From Guillardia theta CCMP2712 (Eukaryota; Protista; Cryptophyta), in assembly GCF_000315625.1 (NCBI RefSeq), contig NW_005434669.1:1152499-1216498 (forward strand): DNA of 64,000 bases, in the 5' to 3' direction. Of this stretch, positions 1-11,532 are shown piece by piece (the stretch's first letter is position 1; every line of letters starts with the position of its first letter). The translations under genes and the position numbers were made by a program. Below the pieces are notes generated by a model. That model made no database searches and was not told the DNA's origin. It saw only the letters and a program-made list of their open reading frames with translations.

Positions 1-574
1 TTCGAGACGAGGATTGTGGGAAAACTTGTAAAGAATGAAGGTAATGATGAGCGATCAGGGCTCTGTGTGAACGCGGCGTTCAGATGGCAGCGGCTTTAAA
101 GTGTGTTTCCACAATTTCGACGGTCAAGACTACGGTGAGCCACGATGACTTGAGCTCACTTCTTACATGACTTTGAGTAGTTTCATCCTTGCAAACATTT
201 CTCGGCAAGAATGAGGCCGAGCTGAAATCGCAAAATGCAGCAACCAGCGATTTCAGCGAGTTGTCAGGTACGACAGGATTCAGAATGTCCTGTCGGTTCT
301 CACAACAATTTTAGAAGGAAACTTCGTTTTCTTTGAGGGAGATGCGATTTCGTTTTGTATCCTTGCAGATATCTTTCGGCTGTTCAGAGTCGAGCTAAAG
401 ACTTCGCTCCTCCTTTGCCAGACAGCTCTGAAGATTGATAGCATGAATGTCGACGCTCTTGCAATGTGCGGCTTCATCGAGCATCGATACAACAGCAACG
501 TTGTGAAAGCCAAGGAATATTATGAGAAGGCACTGGAGAAGTCTCCAGACAATGTTGACGTGCTGGCCAAGTAG
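1..574 (+). CDS. TPR-repeat protein (partial, multi-exon; 5' end outside window)
   Basis: The exon at ~315-571 translates ...LKIDSMNVDALAMCGFIEHRYNSNVVKAKEYYEKALEKSPDNVDVLAK, a TPR consensus (A..YYEKALE..P.N..VL). It ends either at TAG 572-574 or at a GT donor at 571. Confidence 0.6.
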
Positions 575-729
575 CGAGTGAGGCAGAAAGGTAAAGAACT
601 GGCGTAAGAGTTGCAGTAGTAGTAGTAGGAGGAGGAGGAGGAGGAGGAGGAGGAAGAGGAGGAAGAGGGAAAGACGGAAGAGGATATGGGAATGGGTTGG
701 GGCAGAGGGGAAGGAGGGAGCGGAAGGAA

Positions 730-1283
730 CCTGGCTCCAGCCTTCAGTGGGATTGTAGTGATCAGCTGCCATGGTGATCATGTTGAAGACGATGGTAGCC
801 CTGCGAACAGCAATCAGAAAATGAAGGAAGGGAACATAGAAATAATGTCGTGCAAGTGATGAGAACATAGAAATAATGTCGTGCAAGTGATGGTAATGAA
901 ACCGGTTTCGGTTTGATAACAAGTCTCTTCACTGACTGTGACAAGCTTACAGGATGAGTTGGCTGAAGTAAGGAGAACGGGAAAGATTCCAGGCGAACGC
1001 TTGGACCTGTCAAGTTGTCATTGAGTAGATCAGATGCGCGGGACGTGATCATCACTTGAGATTTCAAGTTGATATGATGTCTTATTGGTTTCAGAGTTGC
1101 AATCTTCTTTTCGAACAGTGTCCAGTTGTTCTGCAGATCCGTTGAGATGACCTGCAGTGAGGTTGGTGGGTGTAAACGAACAAATGTTGCCTTGCTAACC
1201 GCTCCACTCTTCCTCTTGATGTTGTCCACAACAACACCTGATGTCATTTGTATTAGAAAGTGGCAATGGTCCGACGACGACGC

Positions 1284-1369
<86 letters not shown>

Positions 1370-4300
1370 CTCACCTACAACAAGCGGCAGGACCATAAAC
1401 GCTTCAGCAACGATGAATGCAGCGATGTAAACCCAGTTCCATCTTGTGAATTGATACGTCGGCTGTCACAAGAGATGAGTCAAGGAATGACGAATCGACA
1501 ACAGTGTTGGAGAAGGGGATTTCAATGGGAAGAGAAGGGAGGAAGAGGAGGGGAAAGGAGAGAAAGAGGAGAAGTAGAAGTAGAAGTAGATAAGACGATA
1601 GAAAGCAAAGGAAGAGACCTGCAAACCGACTCCCTGACACTCAACTACACTTTGAGCAATTTCTGTCCAATTTTCCTGCACCAGATCCGCATGAGTTGTA
1701 CCATAACATGCACGACGATGAAACTCGGAAGAGAGGATGTGACATGAAAGAAGTTCTTCATCGTGATCGTGAGACTTACCAGACATAAAATCTCAAAGAG
1801 AGTTTGAGCAGCCTGCGTCTCTTCTTACCATCTGACATCTCAGGACACAACACAAGAGAACTCCAACCGTCAAAAAGTTGTCAAAAGACCAGGCAGGCGA
1901 TCGCCAGACCCTTGGCTGCATCGCAAGGGCACTAGATAAGAGGAACGAGCGTCAAGTTGTATCGTCCTCACTTTGAAAATCTCTGTCTGATCTCCCTTAT
2001 ACACATAGTACCCTTGGCTGTTGTCGTAGCTTCCGCCAACTTGTCAGTTGAAGGCAGCAAGATGTCAAACTTGACACCTTAGAAAGCTGCCCGAGCATTC
2101 CCATCTCGTGTTGATCGGAGGTGCAAACCTTCTCCTTGCCTTCCCGTCGCAGTAGATGGTTGACACCGACAAGCTTGAGTAGTTAAAGTCATGACATGTT
2201 GACGTAGCATAAAACAATCGACAGCTGGTGAAAGATAGAATCATAATGTTCTTGAATTCATATCAGAGACAAAACAAACATCAGCTCCATGCAAGTGTCT
2301 TCATAGAACGCTGTTTGTGTTGTATCTTCTTCCTTACCCAGGAGGGGCGTCGAATGTTTGGTTGCTTTCGCACGGAACGGACATGTAAACTGTTCTCACT
2401 CCAGGAGAATCGTCATTGCACAAGTCAAGCTTTCCCGCGAAAAGGTTGACACTGTTGAGAGGTGTCAAGATTGAACAATGTGTCGATGTAAGAAGAGACA
2501 GATGTTAGATACAAACAAGACAGAAGATGAAAGATATTCATCTTGAGAAAGAAATGAATGGTTGTTTAACAACCTCTTACCCAAGAACGCTGAAACATGT
2601 CAAGATAAACAATGCAAGGATGCCAACAGACGCGAAGTCAGTCGCTGTCAAGGTCCAAGTCACGTCAAGCCTTATCGCCTCTCGCAGTACCTGACGAACC
2701 GACTGCTGCTAACAACCTCTGTAACGAGCTGATCTTGCTAAGCAGACGCAGAGGACGCTGACATGAAACTCACACCTCTGTCAAGATTCAGCTCTATGAA
2801 CCCACCAGCACGCGAGCAGCCTTCATGGCTGATATGCCGTGGATCAAACCTGGTGGAGACCAGAATTATTCAGATGTTCAACCAACAACAGACATTAGTC
2901 AGCAAACAACAGACAGCAGGCAACAGTCAAACGACAGCAAACAAGGAACTTCAAGTCTGATGATTTATCGCGTCACCGGTGACATCTGCCAGTTGACAGA
3001 GAAGGACAACAAAGTCCAAGACGTTCCACTCAGATTGGAAATAAGCATCTTTGTGCTCCCAGTAGATTCCATGGTGAAGAACCTGCAGGGAAAACCAAAA
3101 ATTCATGTTTCTTGCGATGACTAAGATATTCATCTCCTTGCCCTCCATCTCTCAGTGCAGCCGTTGGTGACGATTCATCACAACCATCGCTCACCTTGAG
3201 CACAAACTCGATCATGTAGATCACAAACAGCGCAATGTCCGCCTTTGCGAAGAAAGTAGGATCCAATAGACTGAACTCAGAGATCGGAGAGTCGAGAGCA
3301 AGACAGACAGTTCCGACGGCGATGCAGCAGATGATGATGTTCTCAAACCACTGATTGTCGTATATGTCTCTTGCCCATCCTCTCAGATTCCTCGGCGCCT
3401 GAGGGCAGGAGGAGTTGGGAGTCGGAGGAGCTAGGAAGCCGAAGATGACTACATCTTCCTCCTCGTACTCGTACACGTCCTTGAAATCCTCGTTCAACAC
3501 GTCCAGCACGTGATTGGGGATATCTTTGCCTAACTCCTGCTCAAGGTTCTTGTCCTGACTTGCCTGTCTCTTCTTCCTTGAGGATTGTTGCTTTTTGTGC
3601 ATGTCGTTCAAGACTTTGATCCTGTATGCTGCAAGCTGGTTGGAAATCTTTTCTTCGTCGGTCATCTCGAAGTTCTCTATAATGACAGCGATGAAGCAGT
3701 TGAGCAGGATGTAGGCAAGAAAGCTGTACACTAGCACGAAGAAGATCGCAGCTCCGACAGGATTCGAGTAGATTCTCATAGCCGAGTACATGATGCCCGT
3801 CCAATCGTCTCCTGTGAGGACGACGAAGGTCGTGAAGAAGCTGGACCAGAAGGTGTTGAAGTTGATGTACGGCTTGAAGGAGCAGAACATGTAGAGAGGG
3901 CAGTGAGAGTCGTAGAAGCAGCTCTGATCGAACACCGGACACAGCCCTGAAGCGTCTCGCTCCTCCTCCCCGCAGGAGTATGGGCGGATGGGGCACATGA
4001 AGAGCTGCATGCCAAGAAGCGCCACCATCACCATGGCGAAGCAGAGGACGGCGATGACGTGGAGGATGGGGGAGAGAGACAGAGCGACCTTCCAGAAGAG
4101 CATGCGCAGGCGGCGAAACTTTGCGACGACTTTGAAGATCCTGACGAGGCGGACGATGCGGAGGACGAAGAGGTGAACGAAGTTGCCAGGGATCGTGAGC
4201 TGGAGCAGAGAGACGAGGACGAGGGCGCTATCAAGACGGTTCTGCGGGATGATGATGTATCTGAGGAAAGAGCCGGCTGCGGTGATGCGCAGGAGGACTT

Positions 4301-7300
4301 CGAGGGAGAAGACAATTGTGAACAAGACGTCGGAAACCTCGATCAGCCTGCGTTGAGTCGCATTCATGATGAGAAGATGTTGTGGGCAGATGTTGTCGTC
4401 GTCGCAGTCCATGACGACAGTCCCGTCGAAGTGCTCGGTCGTCATGATGAGGAAGTTGACGACTATGATAGAGATGAATACCATGTCGAGATATGAGCTG
4501 ACCCTGATACGCCTCGTCCAACTCCTGCCCTTCTCCGGCATCACGACCGGCTGCAGCATGTTCAAAAACTGAATCAGATCCTCCCGCTGGTCTGTGATCG
4601 AGATTCCCGTCCCTCCCGGCACCATCTCCCCTTCCATCAACGTGATCTGCCCTCCTGCTGATGAGGACAGCGCAGCGACGGCAGGAGTACCGCCCGCCTT
4701 CTCCGCGCTGACAAGAATCTTGCTCCCTCCCGCACCAGCCACCAGCTTCCATGCTCCCACCCGAGGGCCGAAGTCAGCTCGAAGGTGGAGCTGCTCCAGC
4801 TTCTCCATGATAACCTCGGGGATGAGCTCAGCACACTCGTCGAGGACACGAGGAGCTGCCATGGCTCTTGCGATGAGAAGGGGGAGCCTTGTGAAGGGGA
4901 CATTGTTCTTGTGAAGGTACACGTTGCTAACTGGAAAGAGCCCCAGGATCCAGAAGAAGTTTTCTTCCTCCATCAGTTGCTTCTTGTCGTCCTGGGAGAA
5001 CACAAGCCCGACAAGGTACCGCAGCCCTTCTTTCGTCAGGTAGCCCTCGGACGCGCATCCGGCAAGCGCGAAAACTTCTTTGACTGCAGTTTGAAGGTGA
5101 GTGAGTGATGGACAGCCAGACAGACAGACAAGGGGGGATAGAAAGGGAGACGGTGGGATGGAGAGGGAGGGAGGGAGGGAGGGTGAGCGGGGGGGATGGC
5201 GGGCGGTAGGGCTGCCGTGTGTGGCGCTGGGAGGGAGGGAGGGAGGGAGGGAGGGAGGGNNNNNNNNNNNNNNNNNNNNNNNNNNNNNNNNNNNNNNNNN
5301 NNNNNNNNNNNNNNNNNNNNNNNNNNNNNNNNNNNNNNNNNNNNNNNNNNNNNNNNNNNATCGACTCATATCCTCTCATCCCGTAAGTTCCATACTTCTG
5401 CTCATGAGAGGCATAGATAGCCCGAGTCCTTCTGCGATGCCTGACTCCTTTGCATAGTAGAACCTTCTCATCTTGCACCATGTTCTCAAACTCAAATCGT
5501 CAACAGACATAGGAGAAGACTACCTATGGAACTAACTTATTGTGATTCTCTCTCAGTTGGATGTTGAATGGGAACCACGCCATAAGGAACCTTGCTCTCG
5601 ATCGAGGTAGCCTCCCGGAAGGGCCTAGGGTCAGGTTTGCACCGGCATACCCAGATTGAGGGAGGAGGGGCTCGCGGTTATGTGAGCCCTCACCTTCATC
5701 TTCTGTTACGGTTACGCGCAACCTGAGCATAGAGGCGTGGAAATCTTCTATGCTAACAACTCCATCCTTGGTCTTCTCATCTAGAAAGTTGTACAAGTCG
5801 TCGTAGTTTTCCTCATCGATCTCTGACATATTGCTCTTGTCAAGCTTCAACTTGATCACTTCCAAGATCTTGAAACCAACTCAAACACAGACTAACTCGA
5901 ACAAAAGAGCAGTCACCTTGGCGAATTTCTTGGACTGGATGTTGATACTCTCGTCCGTCTCCTTGACTGCTGAGATCTTCTGCTCTTTCTGCAGCTTCTT
6001 CACGAGGAGAGTTTCAGCTCTTATCTGAGCTTTTTCCTTCTGTATCTCCCTCCTCCTGCTCCGAACCTGGTCCCTCTTATATCAGAAACATGTGCAGGAA
6101 GACGTTCAGATCGCTCGTTCTTGTTGCAAGCTTGTAAAAGAACGACGTTGCAGTAACTCGCAAGTAACACAAACATCATCAACCCAAACAACATCAACAC
6201 GTCCGCGTGTCTCGGTATAGACCAACTCACCTCTCTGTACGCCATGGCCATCACTGCCATTGCGAGATTGAGGATCCAGAAGCGTGCCAAGATGATCAGA
6301 CTGAGAAGTATGAGCGAGGAGGTGATAAGGGAGCGGAACACCTGATGAAGAAGAGCCACCCTACGGTAGGATCAAGTCCTTCCATGGCATACATCAGCGT
6401 CATGTTCCAGTTGGATAGAGAAGTTGTTGAAAAGATTGTCAGGACCGCAATCGGAAAGTTGCTAAACCCCAGGAACCCGAAGAAAGGCAACTCTGTGAAA
6501 AAAGAACAGAAATGAAGTCAAACAACAGAGAGCGATCAATATCAGCGATCAGCCACCATCAATATCGACGCAAAAAAAGCATAATTGTCATGGTCATCGT
6601 CTTCATCGTGAACAAGAGAGAGGTGCAGAACAAGGACAAGGACAAGGACAAGGACAAGGACAAGGACAAGGACAAGGACAAGGACAAGCCACAGGTGCAC
6701 TCACGAGGAGCTCCGGTGTTGGTTTGATCCAGTAGAGATCCTGTAGGGCTTCGGCGGCAACCCGGATGGAGCTCGGCAAAACTTATGTCTGAGAGATTCT
6801 CTGAGGGAGGTTTGCAGGAGCACTCAAAGAAATCTTCTTCGCAGCCTCCGCCTGATGGGCCACACACTCTGAGAGGGATCTGAACGCATCTCATGATCAA
6901 ACAATGGCATCATATCAGCCTCGTTCACCTGCATCTCTCCAAATGTCGGCTCCTTGTTCGTAAAGTTCGATGGAACGATCCCGTACATTCTTTGATCCCA
7001 CGTGGCCGCAAGAGTGTTGCCATCTGCTACAACACACTTGCCATAGAAAGAGCCATCAATACCGTACAAGTTGATCCCCAGGATCGAATAGATGAAGACG
7101 ATGAAGCTGAAGAGAACCAACAGGTTCGTCATGGACGACCGACTAGCAGGAATGACCCGGAGAACATCCATAGGCCCCTCCAGGTTGCGCAGAGCTCGTA
7201 GAGGACGGAAGAGTCGCAGGACCTTGGCCATGCGACCGATGTCAGCCGAAGCTTGTTTGTCAATGGCTGCAACGATGAACACAATCCAGCAAACGCAAAC

Positions 7301-8075
7301 GATGAAGAAATCGAGACGGTTCCAGTAGGAGACGAAATAACCGTCGATCACTCTCTCTTCGCTCATCTTCGCTATCTGCTCTCCTTCAGACTCAACACAT
7401 GCATTGACATCTCACTCACCATGATCTCTTTGAACTCCTCAAACTCCAGCTGCCCGCTTCCATCAATATCAGCTGCCTCAAACAGCGACTTCACTTCTTT
7501 CCTGCTCCTGCTTATCCCCAAAGCTCTCATCGCTATCCTCATCTCGAACTCATCGATTGAGCCCCCACCGTCGGCATCGAACATGTCAAAAGCGTCTCTG
7601 ATTGCCTTGACTTTCTCTTCAGACACACTACTCTGTTGTTCGCCTTGTATGAACATGGCCTTTCCCTCGCCAGCCGGCTTGTAGCCGGCTCCATAAGCTA
7701 GGATCTTCAAAGCCGCTTCGAGAGTGAAGATGGACAACACTATGGTGTCTGTGATGCTGTCTAGACGTATGATAGTCTCGTAGTTGTACCATTGCGCCTA
7801 CAAGTAACCTCGTTACCAACACAACGCGAACAGTTGAAGGAGAATTTACATAGATATCATCCAGCGCCATAGTCGCTATGTTGTACAGGATGACCAAGTA
7901 AATGAAACCTTCAAAGAACGGACTCTCGAGAAGCTTTCGGAGTTTCTCTTTGAGCATTTCGAACTCTCTATCACTGTCCGTCATGGTGGGCGGACTGACT
8001 GCACGATCAACGACCAACAGCTGGAGTTCTGATCAAAGTTTTATTCTGTCAGAAGCAACCTTGAACTGAGAGCAT
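730..8075 (-). CDS. Voltage-gated cation channel, four-domain (Cav/Nav-like) family, with EF-hand insertion; domain IV incomplete in window
   Basis: Spliced exons give DI (S4 RMAKVLRLFRPLRALR; pore FSNFPIAVLTIFSTTSLSNW), DII (VLRIVRLVRIFK; FNTFWSSFFTTFVVLTGDDW) and DIII (KAARVLRPLRLLSKI; FDNFLTAAQTLFEILCLENW). DIV S1 (ATIVFNMITMAADHY) lies at ~730-800. Probable ATG at 8075. The assembly gap 5260-5359 lies inside the gene. Confidence 0.9.
832..892. repeat. Tandem duplication of a 30-bp unit (intronic)
   Basis: gaacatagaaataatgtcgtgcaagtgatg occurs twice with a 31-bp period. Confidence 0.9.
1284..1366. repeat. (ATG)n microsatellite in channel intron
   Basis: Pure trinucleotide run. Confidence 0.95.
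5260..5359. other. Assembly gap (100 N) adjacent to a (GGGA)n repeat
   Basis: Run of N preceded by gggagggagggaggg. Confidence 1.
6630..6688. repeat. (AAGGAC)n hexanucleotide repeat in channel intron
   Basis: Direct read. Confidence 0.9.
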
Positions 8076-8159
8076 GGCTGTGACTTGAAGCACTACTGAG
8101 CCTCCTCCTCCTTCCTCACCCCTCACCGCTCGGTCGTCTCACTGACTGGCCCTGAGTTT

Positions 8160-8640
8160 GACTTGACTCCTGGCCCAAGCTTGCCTCAGAAGCCGCTGCC
8201 ATAAAAAAAAACCGTCACGGCGTACGGTGCCGGGCGGTCACGGCGCCTCGGTGACCCGGTGACTCGGACCCCGGGCCCGGGCGTGCCCGGCCCGGCTCTG
8301 CTCGGACCGGCGAGTCGGAGCCAAACTTGATGACGGTTCAGAGTCTGACGAGTCAGTTGGGCTCACTGAGTCAGCCACAGGCCGCCCGGCGGCCCGGCCG
8401 GGCTGCCAGTGTTCACGTGACTGCCGGGCGGTGGTGCGGGCGGCCCGCCGGGCTCCCTGCCAGGCGCTGGGCCGGGGCCCCCGCTCCGATCACTACTAGT
8501 ACCGGGTCGGGCCCGGGGCCTCAGCAGTCACTGACCGGCCGGGTATGGCCCGTGGCCCGGCTTTAACCGCCCGATCACTGACTCGGCTGAGATGATCAAT
8601 CAGCTCCGGGCCCGCCCCGCCGCCGCGGCGCGCGCAGTTA
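8160..8640. promoter_or_regulatory. GC-rich palindromic island; putative bidirectional promoter (channel / BRCT gene)
   Basis: Dense CCGG, GGCCCGG, TGAGTC/GACTCA and GTCAC/GTGAC motifs between divergent start codons at 8075 (-) and 9039 (+). Confidence 0.5.
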
Positions 8641-8699
8641 ACCGTTATTTGTAATAACCGTCTGAAAGGGCTGAAAGGCGGGCACAGGAATCAGGGAAT

Positions 8700-8790
8700 G
8701 AGGGAGGGAGGGGAAGGGAGGGGAAGGGAGGGGAAGGGAGGGGAAGGGAGGGGAAGGGAGGGGAAGGGAGGGGAAGAGAGGGGAAGGGAG
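8700..8790. repeat. (GGGAAGGGAG)n purine repeat
   Basis: Direct read. Confidence 0.9.
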
Positions 8791-9038
8791 GAAGAAGGAC
8801 AAAGAAGCAAAGAGGATGAGCAAGAGAAACAGTGAGTGGACGTGAGACGGTTTGAGATGAAAATTGTGACAAGGCCAAAGGGAGGAAGGGATAGCTTTGA
8901 AACAAGCATTCATATGTCCAACTGAGATTATCAGATGATTTACTCAAAGCTGATAGAGAGCAATTGTTTTGCGTCCCTGTCTCTTGTTCAATGTTTGTGT
9001 CTGATGTTGATGACAGGGTCTCTCGACAAATCTGAGAC

Positions 9039-11465
9039 ATGGAAAACCGGCAAATTCGATCAGCAAAGCTGGCAAAGGGGTTGACGAGCGCAGATACAAA
9101 GAGGCTGCGAGGAGTGCTCAAGAAGCTGGGTTTCTCTGTTCGATACCTTGGTTCTGTACAGAAGGCAGGCGACAAACCAGATGGATGCCAAGATATGCTG
9201 GTTGTAGACTCGTGGGATATTCCAACGGCCTCTTCATTGTTGTCATCGCACCCCACAAGCTTGGTGCGAGGGGTAGACTGTATTTTATCCCCGAGATGGG
9301 ATCCGGACCAGCTGCTCCGGCACAGCGCATGCGTGCTGAATTCTGCACTCAAGGGAGACACCATTTCCTTCAGCGGGATGTCATTGGATGAAAAGGAAGC
9401 TCTGAAATTTCAAGTTGTTGCGTTCGGAGGGAGAGTAGAAGGAGATTTCCACGAGGGAGTCAATGTCATCATAGCTAAGAACGCTGATACCCAGAAGAGT
9501 CGAGTTGCAATCTCAAGGTTTTTACAAGGGAAGCAACAAGTTTATGTAGTTCAGCCCCAGTGGTTGACTGAAAGTGCTGAGCGACGCACCCGGCTCGACC
9601 CCTTCGACTTCCGCTTCAAGTTGTGGTCAGGATGCAAGTTTTCGGTATCAGGTATGGAGCTGGATGAGAGGGCATCTCTTCAAGAGCAGATCATCTTCCT
9701 GGGGGCTGAAGTCTCGCCGGAGCTCGACGAAAGTTGTACAGCCTTGATCACAAGCGGACAGAAGGGAGCCAAGTACGATTTTGCGATGAGGAAGGGCATC
9801 CCCATCATCCCTAAGAATATACTGTTGGAGAGATGGAAGGATGGATGCTTGGACATCGAGGATATCATTTCTGAGCACGATTCTTTTGTCAAGAATAGCG
9901 ACGATGAGGTTGTCTCCACCCAATCATCTACTGCGGCGAGTGAGATGGACTTCACCATTGATTTCCAAGATACAAGGGACGATCTACAAGACTGCAAGAT
10001 ATTTGTTGTTGTATGCGATGACAAGGTCAGAAATTACTCGATCTCGTTGTGCAGGTTGCTGGGGGCAACCGTGATACAGCCCGATGCAGAAGGTTTTCCC
10101 CGTGATCGCTCTGTTACGCACATTATCGCTGCAAGAGATTGTCCCACCGACCTTCACAAGTTCCTGGAATTCCATGAAAATTTTGTTCCCATGGTGGACT
10201 GGAAGTGGCTCAGGGCCTGTTACGATGAAAAATGTCTTGCTTCGATAGAAAATTTTGTGATCGACGTGGACACTGTTGTCGTCAAGGAAAAGAGTAAATC
10301 GTCGAGCTCTGTCGTCTTTGCGAAGAAGAGAGAGAATGCCGGCAAAGAAAACATTCCGGCGAACCTTACAGATGGTCTTGAGACGATGAAAAAAGAAGAC
10401 CACAAGAAAGAAAATGTACAGAATATTCATTCAGCAAGCGAGAGGAAAGATAAGATCTTCAAGAACTGTTTTTTCTCTTTCCATTCTGATTGTCAGCATC
10501 GATCAATTCTCAAGGAGATGATTCAACAAAATGGAGGAGTAGTGGTCGAGAAGGAGATTCTTCGAGAGAAAGCTGATCAAGCGTATGAGATCCATCCACT
10601 GTTTCCCAGCAAGATCAAGGTGCCAACCTTTGGCAGTCGTTCCTTCACAGCCAACAAGGGGGTACAGCTTGTCTCTGAGTATTGGGTGAGGAAGTGTGCG
10701 GCGGTAGGCAAGAAGTTCGCTCTCTCCTCATGTCAACTCCACAAGCCGCTGCGGAGGGAGAAGCCCTCGGCTGAGATGCAGAAGCTCTCGGTCTGCGTCT
10801 CGGGGGTGTACAGGCACGAGAAGAACCTGGTAAGGTGGCTGGCGGAGCAGCTTGGGGGCTCGTTCGAGGAGAAAATGTCGCGCAAGATCACCTCGCACTT
10901 GATTCTCGTGACTGAGGCTCAAGCTGGTATGAGGGAGAAGGCGCTGAAGGCTCAGCAGTGGGGTATCAGCATGACGTCGCTTGCCTGGTTGGAAGCTTGT
11001 GCGGTGAAGGATGAGGTCCTGCCTGTCAGCTCCTTCCCTGCGGGCACAAGTCTCTTTCCTGACTCGCACGGGGAGCCATCGAAACCAGCGTTGCAGCTGA
11101 GCAAGAGCTCGAGCATGCAGAGGCTTGCCATGGGGACCAACAACCGGCAGACGCACATGCGCGGACCCGCGTTGTTCGGAGATGAGATGAGGGACCTCTA
11201 CGCGAGCAGCCCCGACAAGTCCTTCCATGCTGCCCCTGAGCAGGTGCAGGTGCAGGAAGAGAAGCCGAAGGAAGAGGAGGCGGTGGAGGAGCCGAAGGAG
11301 CAGCAGGTGGAGCGAGAGCTGCATACGTCGCCTGCGGAAGCGGAGGAGGCTATTGCAAGTGGTGAGAAGCGAAAGGCTTCGATACCAACGCCAGAGACAA
11401 CCAGCAGAAAGAAACGAGTCTGCAAGCAGAGAGTTGAGGATCAGATTCCCTTCCTTCTGCGTTGA
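9039..11465 (+). CDS. TOPBP1: TopBP1/Rad4(Cut5)/Dpb11-like multi-BRCT protein
   Basis: 808-aa ORF with ~5 BRCT repeats (e.g. ISFSG...FGGRV...VQPQWL; FSVSG...LGAEV...CTALI; VCVSG...LGGSF...TSHLI...LAWLEAC). Confidence 0.75.
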   Translation: MENRQIRSAKLAKGLTSADTKRLRGVLKKLGFSVRYLGSVQKAGDKPDGCQDMLVVDSWDIPTASSLLSSHPTSLVRGVDCILSPRWDPDQLLRHSACVLNSALKGDTISFSGMSLDEKEALKFQVVAFGGRVEGDFHEGVNVIIAKNADTQKSRVAISRFLQGKQQVYVVQPQWLTESAERRTRLDPFDFRFKLWSGCKFSVSGMELDERASLQEQIIFLGAEVSPELDESCTALITSGQKGAKYDFAMRKGIPIIPKNILLERWKDGCLDIEDIISEHDSFVKNSDDEVVSTQSSTAASEMDFTIDFQDTRDDLQDCKIFVVVCDDKVRNYSISLCRLLGATVIQPDAEGFPRDRSVTHIIAARDCPTDLHKFLEFHENFVPMVDWKWLRACYDEKCLASIENFVIDVDTVVVKEKSKSSSSVVFAKKRENAGKENIPANLTDGLETMKKEDHKKENVQNIHSASERKDKIFKNCFFSFHSDCQHRSILKEMIQQNGGVVVEKEILREKADQAYEIHPLFPSKIKVPTFGSRSFTANKGVQLVSEYWVRKCAAVGKKFALSSCQLHKPLRREKPSAEMQKLSVCVSGVYRHEKNLVRWLAEQLGGSFEEKMSRKITSHLILVTEAQAGMREKALKAQQWGISMTSLAWLEACAVKDEVLPVSSFPAGTSLFPDSHGEPSKPALQLSKSSSMQRLAMGTNNRQTHMRGPALFGDEMRDLYASSPDKSFHAAPEQVQVQEEKPKEEEAVEEPKEQQVERELHTSPAEAEEAIASGEKRKASIPTPETTSRKKRVCKQRVEDQIPFLLR

Positions 11466-11532
11466 TGTGATTCAACTTGATACTCCATTGATCTAATACA
11501 ACCTCTTGATCAACTTCACCCTCCTCCTGCTC

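Noticed and set aside
395-730. Hydrophobic minus-strand ORF as continuation of channel domain IV
   Set aside because: It derives from a low-complexity tract and the antisense of TPR exons, and lacks the S2 E..LK, S3 WN.FD and S4 motifs.
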